Source of the DNA: Syntrophomonadaceae bacterium
Lineage (GTDB): Bacteria; Bacillota; Dethiobacteria; DTU022; UBA8154
NCBI GenBank assembly: GCA_007135125.1
Contig: SLJK01000053.1
Coordinates: forward strand, 3,974-67,973
Direction of reading: 5' to 3'
Length of the DNA: 64,000 nt
The position numbers were made by a program, and so were the translations under genes. Of the stretch, positions 58,002-64,000 are shown one piece after another; positions within the stretch are counted from its first letter, which is position 1, and each line of letters opens with the position of its first letter. Below the pieces are notes generated by a model. That model was not told where the DNA came from. It worked only from the letters and a program-made list of their open reading frames with translations, and made no database searches.

Positions 58002-60443
58002 CTATAATTCCGTAAGACCACGGGCAAAATAAAAGAGGATAAAAATTATGATCCCCAGCATCAATACCAGGAGCAGAGAATCAAAGTTAAGGTTCTTAAT
58101 ATTCCATTCCATAGGATTTAAAGCGACTTTCTTGCGAGCACCTTGTCTTTTTTCTTCCTCCTCTTTGCCCTCCCCTCCTGTTGACTCTCCTTTTTGCAAG
58201 CTTTTATCGATAAATTCTCTGGTTGAAGAGCCAGCTTTTTCGTAACCTTTATTTAAGGCTTCATCAAATTTACCGGTACGATCCGTAAACTTTTTAACAG
58301 TTTTTCCAGTTTGTTCATAGGCTTCATCCAGCGCTTTATCTAAGCCGGCAGTGCGATCAGTCATGCGCCTTGTTGCTGCACCTGTAGATTCGTAAGCCTT
58401 ATCCAGGGCACGGTCCAAGCCGGCAGTCCGGTCTGCAAATTTTTTGACGCCGGACCCGGTGCGTTCATAAGCTTCATCTAAAGTACTGTCTAGCTCTCTG
58501 GTTTTTTTTACATAATCAAGGGCTTTTGATCCGGAGGTCATATAAAGATCATCCAATCCTTTATCAAAGGAACCAAAGTAACGGCAGAATTGGAGAAATT
58601 TGCCGCCAATCTCAGCGTAAAAATTATTCACACCCCCGTCCATTGTTTTACAGGAACGCAAAAGATAAAAATACACAATTTTTGCCAGGGGCGCAAAAAT
58701 TAAGTACTCGATACTAACCCAGCGGGGAAAGCTATATTCATACAACCTGAACTTGTGTAGTGGAATATATAACAATAATGCCAGCAAAATAACGGTGCCG
58801 GCCGCCGCCAGGGGGTGAGAACCGAAATAGGCCAGATCTCTTACATGTTCGATAGAGTATGGTTCGAAAACAAAAGAAGCTGTTGAAGCCAGGACAAATT
58901 GGTTTACAAAATAGTGGGGGAAAAACCCTATAATTAATATGAATAAGGCCAGCACATAGAGCGGGGCATAGAGTACCCATGTGCCGCTTTGCTTTACAAG
59001 CCCTTCAGGTTCTTTTCCCCAAAAAACCTGTTGAAAAAATTTCAAATAATAACAGAGAGTTAAGGCGCTGCCTACTATAAAAACCTTCTCTGCCAGGAAG
59101 ATATCCAAAGTACCATGAAGATAGTAAGCCTCCAGCAGTGAATCGTGAATAAGCGTTTTGCTAATATAACCACTAAAGAGGGGCACTCCCGCGATTGCCA
59201 GAACATATAAGATAAAAAACCCGGTCAGCATCGGCATAGAGCGATAAAGACCTCCCAATTTCTTAAACTCTAACTGACCGGTCCGGTAATAAATTATACC
59301 TACAATAAGAAAAAAACCTGTTTTGAATAGAGTATGGTTAAAAGAATGCAGCACAGCCCCGCTGTAACCCATAGCTTCTTCCGCACCAAAAAGAAAGGCT
59401 CCGGCACCAATACCCGTAAAAACATAACCCATCTGGCTGATGGAACTATAAGCTAAAAGCTTCATCATATTGCTCTGCAAAAGAGCTATTACCGCGCCAA
59501 CCACCATGGTCATAAGGCCCAGCCACATTACGAAATAACCGGTAGATACGGCGAAGGAAAAGAGATGCCCAGGCTCCAGGGTAGATGGGGTAAATACAAG
59601 CATGAGGATCCGTATTACACCGTAAACTCCGGCTTTGATCATTGCTCCCGAAGAAAGCGCATTGACTATGGCCGGCCCGGCAGCGTAAGCTTTGGGCATC
59701 CATAGATGGAGCGGCACAACTCCTGCTTTTATACCAAAACCGACAAAAAAACAGGCAAATATTAATAGCAAGCTAACTGCAGGACCTCTTTCCATCTCCT
59801 CCATCAAGTTTGTTAACTCTACAGTTCCGGCAGCACTATAAAGGGCGAATATCCCGAATAAGAGCACCAGGCCACCCGCTACTCCCAGGTATAAATAAAA
59901 TTTTCCTGCTGCCAGGGCCTGGGGATTAAGCCGCCCAATAACCAAAACATAGGAAAAAAAAGTCATCATTTCAAAAAACAAAAAAAGAGTGACCAGGTCT
60001 CCGGCGACAAAAACACCTAGAATACTTCCCAGTGTTAATAGTGAAAAACAATAATATAGAACATGATTGGCTTCAACCCGAATATAATGATAAGCAAATA
60101 TAAGCACAAGCATCCAGGCCAGGGAAGCTAAAAAAGCAAATATAAAACCTAAAAGATCCACCCTGAACGAAAGCCCCAGGCTCATGAGTTCGTAAAAGCG
60201 ATATTCTATCACCCCCTGACGCACTAATGGATACAAAGAAAGCACCATAAGAAAAGTGGCCATTCCCGCCAGGGAAGCAAAAAAAGCGGCCAATCTTTTA
60301 TTTTTAATGCTGAGCACATAAACCACAAGTGCTGCAGCCATAGGAAAAAGAACAACGGCCACAGGCCGCAAGGAAATAATGGTGTCAGCAGCTGCCAAAT
60401 TGTTCGATATTGCAGATAAAATCATGGGAACCATCCCCTTCAA
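58002..60443 (-). CDS. MrpA/D (NuoL/HyfB-like) antiporter subunit with repeat-expanded C-terminal helix
   Basis: FFEMMT, GIKAGVVPLHLWMP, LAYSSISQMG, H.LFK; six 25-aa repeats then a terminal TM helix. Confidence 0.85.
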   Translation of the reverse strand: MKGMVPMILSAISNNLAAADTIISLRPVAVVLFPMAAALVVYVLSIKNKRLAAFFASLAGMATFLMVLSLYPLVRQGVIEYRFYELMSLGLSFRVDLLGFIFAFLASLAWMLVLIFAYHYIRVEANHVLYYCFSLLTLGSILGVFVAGDLVTLFLFFEMMTFFSYVLVIGRLNPQALAAGKFYLYLGVAGGLVLLFGIFALYSAAGTVELTNLMEEMERGPAVSLLLIFACFFVGFGIKAGVVPLHLWMPKAYAAGPAIVNALSSGAMIKAGVYGVIRILMLVFTPSTLEPGHLFSFAVSTGYFVMWLGLMTMVVGAVIALLQSNMMKLLAYSSISQMGYVFTGIGAGAFLFGAEEAMGYSGAVLHSFNHTLFKTGFFLIVGIIYYRTGQLEFKKLGGLYRSMPMLTGFFILYVLAIAGVPLFSGYISKTLIHDSLLEAYYLHGTLDIFLAEKVFIVGSALTLCYYLKFFQQVFWGKEPEGLVKQSGTWVLYAPLYVLALFILIIGFFPHYFVNQFVLASTASFVFEPYSIEHVRDLAYFGSHPLAAAGTVILLALLLYIPLHKFRLYEYSFPRWVSIEYLIFAPLAKIVYFYLLRSCKTMDGGVNNFYAEIGGKFLQFCRYFGSFDKGLDDLYMTSGSKALDYVKKTRELDSTLDEAYERTGSGVKKFADRTAGLDRALDKAYESTGAATRRMTDRTAGLDKALDEAYEQTGKTVKKFTDRTGKFDEALNKGYEKAGSSTREFIDKSLQKGESTGGEGKEEEEKRQGARKKVALNPMEWNIKNLNFDSLLLVLMLGIIIFILFYFARGLTEL
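58194..58643 (-). repeat. Six tandem 75-bp / 25-aa intragenic repeats
   Basis: For example LDSTLDEAYERTGSGVKKFADRTAG, LDRALDKAYESTGAATRRMTDRTAG, LDKALDEAYEQTGKTVKKFTDRTGK. Confidence 0.85.
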
Positions 60444-60532
60444 ACACTTAACCTATGTAGATTCCTGTATACCTGCACCACGGCAACAGGCATAAATTTT
60501 CCTTAATTCATAAAATTACACCGGGCCGGAAC

Positions 60533-62032
60533 CTATGGCATCCCGCTTTGGAAAAGAAAACTGGCTGCCTTAAGGGAAAGTTCAAAAAGAAAATTATGGG
60601 GCATGAGGCCAAAAACAAAACAGCTTAATCCCAACACGGCCAAAGGGATAATCATGCCATAAGTGGCATCATCATACTCAAGGGCCAGGGATTCTTCCCC
60701 TTCATGTTCATTTTCCCCTCCAAAAAAGGCTGCAATAATAATAGGCAGATAATACAGCCCGTTTAACAAACTGCTTACCAGTAAAATAAATACGTAAAAG
60801 GGAACTCCTGCATCAAGTGCCCCCAGGGCTAACGTCCACTTGCTGAGAAATCCATTCAAGGGGGGAATACCGATCATGGCCAGCGCAGCAATGGTAAAAG
60901 CTCCCATGGTGACAGGCATTTTTTTGCCTATACCATGAAGGTCGTTAATGTTGCGCAACCCTGTTTTCCAAATAATTGCGCCTGCCGCAAGAAAGAGGGT
61001 GCTCTTCATCAAGGCGTGGCTGAAAATGTGAAAAACGTCTCCCACCAGCGCCTTTTCGTTTAAAAGAGCCATACCCATGATGATATATCCCATCTGCCCC
61101 ACACTGGAATAAGCCAGCCGCCTTTTAAGATCATCCTGGGTCAACGCAACCGCTGAACCAAGTACGATCGTTATAACCGCCAGCACACCTAAAAGAATAT
61201 CCCAATTTGCCTCTTTAACTAAAGGAATATTAAAAACGGTAAAAAGGACCCTTAGCAGGCCGTAGGCCCCGGTTTTCAGCATGATACCGGAAAGCAAAGC
61301 GCTGGCTGGTGAAGGGGCTACCGGGTGAGCATCAGGTAACCAAACATGTAAAGGGAACATACCGGCCTTCATTCCGAACCCGATCAGAAAGTTAAGAAAA
61401 GCCAGGAAAGCCATTGTACTGGGCACGGTGATAAGAGTTCCTTCACTAAGGCTGACAGAACCGGCCAGCTCAAAGGTCAGAATAATGGCGAAAAATAACG
61501 CCAGACCGCCAATAATAGTCATGATCAGGTATTTGTATCCGGCCCGCAGAGCTTCACGAGTTTCCTCATGAATAACCAGCACATATGAAATAAGAGACAT
61601 AAGTTCAAAGAAAATAAAAAGAGTAAAAAAATCACCCGCCACAAATATACCCAGGCAGCTGCCGAGAACAAATATAAATATGGGGTAAAACCTATCGCCT
61701 GCGTGTTCATGAGACATGTAATCGATGGCATAAATGGAGACCAACATCCACACAAAGGAAGAAATAAGTGCCAGGCTGAAACTCAGGATGTCCAGTCTTA
61801 CAGTAATCCCCAATCCCGGCAAAATATCAAAGATGGTATAAGCAATTACCCCTCCATCTGCCACTGAGGGGTACATAGCTACCACAGATATAAAAGTGAG
61901 CACCGCTGTTGTTACAGAAAGACCGTCACGCATTTTCTCTGAACGCCTGCTGCTAACAAAGATAACAATAGACATAAAAATTGGAAATATTACTACCCAA
62001 ACAGGCAGAAAATTATAGATAGCTGTATCCAA
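60533..62032 (-). CDS. Mrp/Mnh antiporter subunit D family
   Basis: FFELMS, KAGMFPLHVWLPDAHPVAP, LAYSS, GIPPLNGFLSK. Confidence 0.88.
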   Translation of the reverse strand: MDTAIYNFLPVWVVIFPIFMSIVIFVSSRRSEKMRDGLSVTTAVLTFISVVAMYPSVADGGVIAYTIFDILPGLGITVRLDILSFSLALISSFVWMLVSIYAIDYMSHEHAGDRFYPIFIFVLGSCLGIFVAGDFFTLFIFFELMSLISYVLVIHEETREALRAGYKYLIMTIIGGLALFFAIILTFELAGSVSLSEGTLITVPSTMAFLAFLNFLIGFGMKAGMFPLHVWLPDAHPVAPSPASALLSGIMLKTGAYGLLRVLFTVFNIPLVKEANWDILLGVLAVITIVLGSAVALTQDDLKRRLAYSSVGQMGYIIMGMALLNEKALVGDVFHIFSHALMKSTLFLAAGAIIWKTGLRNINDLHGIGKKMPVTMGAFTIAALAMIGIPPLNGFLSKWTLALGALDAGVPFYVFILLVSSLLNGLYYLPIIIAAFFGGENEHEGEESLALEYDDATYGMIIPLAVLGLSCFVFGLMPHNFLFELSLKAASFLFQSGMP

Positions 62033-62101
62033 TAATGTTCACCCCTATCATTTTTATTATAGCATATCATGGAAAATCTCACTGAATATTTCCTTTCTTC
62101 C

Positions 62102-63571
62102 TCACAAACCTATCGCTCTTTCAATAAAACTGAGCACAGGAGCCGGGTAAAAACCAAAGAAGATAATGCCTACGGCCAGTACCATAACCGGGACCAGCAT
62201 TAAAGCAGGAACATCTTTGTGCTCCGACTGGGGCATGATCTGTGTCCCAAAAAAAGCATCAATCACAATGGGAAAATAATAAATTCCGTTTAACAGGCTG
62301 CTTAATAAAATCACGGCCACAAAAAAGGGCCTCTCCAAATCTAAAGCTCCAAGGGCAAGGTGCCATTTACTGATAAAACCATTAGTACCGGGGATGCCTA
62401 CCATGGAAAACGCCCCTACGGTAAAAGCCAGCATAGTAAGGGGCATCCTCATCCCGATGCCTTTTAAATCTCTTATTTTTCTTATCCCGGAAGCATAAAT
62501 GATCAAGCCGGCAGCTAAAAATAGCATGGCCTTCATCATGGCATGATTAAAAATATGCAGAAGACCCCCTGCTAGAGCCCTGCCTTCAAAAAGCCCTATC
62601 CCCATAAAAACAAACCCTATCTGTGCGATACTGGAGTAGGCCAGCATCTTTTTTATATCATCCTGTACCATGGCAATAATTGAGCCGGCTAAAATCGCCA
62701 ATACTGAAAGGAATAGAACAATATCAAGAACAGGGATTACTTCAAAAATCTGCGGCGGAAAAACCTGAAATAAAAGTTTCACCAGGGCTACTGCATAGAT
62801 CTTTATTACCAGCCCTGATAAAACTGCACTGGAAGGTGAAGGAGCCGAAGAATGAGCATCGGGCAACCAAACATGTAACGGGAACAAAGCAGACTTAACC
62901 CCTAAGGAAACAATTATTAGACTCAAAGCAATAACAATATTATAAGGATAAAGGGGCAGGACATGAGGAAGTTCCTGTGCCACATAGGTAAAATTAAGGT
63001 TCCCCGTTATCATATAAAGCATCGCCACTGCCAATAAAAAACAACCTGAGCCCATAACACTCAAAATCAAATACTTCAAACTGGCTTCAATGCATTTGCG
63101 GTCATCTTTGATGGAAATAATACCACAAGCAGCAATAGTAGAAATTTCTATAAAGACATAGAGATTGAATAGATCATTGGTTAGAGCTATTCCACACATA
63201 GCCCCCAGCAGTAACAGGTAAAGGCTGCAGTACCAATGCAGGACATCACTTTTCAATTCGTGTCTCAGATCCTCTACGCCGTAAATGAGGACTACAAAAC
63301 TGATAGAGGTAAGGACCATTAGCACGTAGGCAGAAAGATAATCTACATACAGCTCAACACCCCATGGCGGCGGCCAACCTCCTACATGGTAGCTAAAAGG
63401 ACCTTCCTTCCCCACATGCTGAAGCAGATAAATGGATATAATAAAAACAATACCAAGAACCAACAGGGTGAGCTGGAAGGCCAGGTTTCTCCGCTTTTTA
63501 CCCAACAGGGAAACAACAAAAGATACCCCAAACAGTAAAACAACCATTAAAACGGGAAGATGAAGGTACAA
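62102..63571 (-). CDS. mrpD: Mrp/Mnh antiporter subunit D
   Basis: GGWPPPWGVEL, DLFNLYVFIE, KSALFPLHVWLPDAH. Confidence 0.88.
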   Translation of the reverse strand: MYLHLPVLMVVLLFGVSFVVSLLGKKRRNLAFQLTLLVLGIVFIISIYLLQHVGKEGPFSYHVGGWPPPWGVELYVDYLSAYVLMVLTSISFVVLIYGVEDLRHELKSDVLHWYCSLYLLLLGAMCGIALTNDLFNLYVFIEISTIAACGIISIKDDRKCIEASLKYLILSVMGSGCFLLAVAMLYMITGNLNFTYVAQELPHVLPLYPYNIVIALSLIIVSLGVKSALFPLHVWLPDAHSSAPSPSSAVLSGLVIKIYAVALVKLLFQVFPPQIFEVIPVLDIVLFLSVLAILAGSIIAMVQDDIKKMLAYSSIAQIGFVFMGIGLFEGRALAGGLLHIFNHAMMKAMLFLAAGLIIYASGIRKIRDLKGIGMRMPLTMLAFTVGAFSMVGIPGTNGFISKWHLALGALDLERPFFVAVILLSSLLNGIYYFPIVIDAFFGTQIMPQSEHKDVPALMLVPVMVLAVGIIFFGFYPAPVLSFIERAIGL

Positions 63572-63572
63572 G

Positions 63573-63947
63573 TTATTGGTCCTCCCTGGTTCTTAACATT
63601 GCAATTTCATCCGCATCACAAGTGCCATAAGTGGCGTAAAGCTTTACGATAAGGCTAAGAGCATAAGCTGTAACGCTGACAGCCACAACGATACCGGTCA
63701 ATATGAGGGCTGAAGGCAGTGGATTTATATAAAGCAGCCCCCCTTCTTCCGCAATAATAGGAGCTCTTCCACCTCTAACATAACCTATGGATACAAAAAA
63801 AAGAAATATCCCCGTTTCCATGATATTCATTCCCATAACCTTCTTTATCATATTGGAATGAGTTAGCATGGTATGAAGGCCAATTACAAATAAAACCATG
63901 GCTACAAAGTAGTAATAATTATCCAGAATTTTAATTATTATTTCCAC
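63573..63947 (-). CDS. mrpC: Mrp/Mnh antiporter subunit C
   Basis: NMIKK, NPLPSALILTGIVV. Confidence 0.88.
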   Translation of the reverse strand: MEIIIKILDNYYYFVAMVLFVIGLHTMLTHSNMIKKVMGMNIMETGIFLFFVSIGYVRGGRAPIIAEEGGLLYINPLPSALILTGIVVAVSVTAYALSLIVKLYATYGTCDADEIAMLRTREDQ

Positions 63948-64000
63948 TACTATCCTCTCCCGTGCTTAAGCTAAAAAAAAGGGTTGTCATGGTAGAGGCT
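63931..64000 (-). CDS. C-terminal fragment of probable Mrp/Mnh subunit B (runs off the window)
   Basis: ...ASTMTTLFFSLSTGEDSSGNNN*, overlapping the mrpC start; position fits mrpB. Confidence 0.5.
   Translation of the reverse strand, partial: ASTMTTLFFSLSTGEDSSGNNN

Noticed and set aside
58360..58395. STGAAT in the Mrp repeat as an ApbE flavinylation site
   Set aside because: It does not match [ST]GA[ST], the other repeats lack it, and the lateral helix is expected on the cytoplasmic side while ApbE is an external lipoprotein.

Overview
Gene-dense chromosomal segment, mostly minus strand, from an anaerobic low-GC Firmicute. The content suggests an acetogen or syntrophic acetate oxidiser, possibly Dethiobacteria-like and alkaliphilic (inference). 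From left to right: TPR protein and yhaM; a Wood-Ljungdahl cluster (cooC-acsA-acsB-acsC-acsD-acsE, a gap, then metV-metF); ctsR-mcsA-mcsB-clpC; mgtC, an M24 peptidase, an NSS transporter with an unannotated small subunit, trxA/trxB, a STAS protein, pgm, nfu, thiI-iscS. Next is an ~12 kb metal-cofactor block (29.5-41.3 kb): iscU, an orphan codY, mrp/apbC, a double NifB/NifX protein, two DUF5320-like proteins, two 4Fe-4S MinD-type ATPases, DUF364 with an ABC importer, Fur, radical SAM and USP. Then serC-aspB, the apbE-Gx-maf-radC-mreBCD-mrdA-rodA-radical SAM-rng region, and the 3' end of an Mrp/Mnh-type antiporter operon. No rRNA, tRNA, CRISPR array or transposase was seen. Strongest unusual signals: (1) McsB has lost most ATP-binding residues while its operon is intact (candidate pseudokinase). 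(2) A ModE-type box precedes the DUF364-ABC unit inside an orange-protein-like cluster, which also has a duplicated Fur-box/palindrome promoter and a CodY paralog. (3) An Mrp subunit has six 25-aa repeats extending its lateral helix. (4) Probable ACG and ATT start codons, and unannotated small membrane proteins. All family calls come from motif recognition, not database searches.
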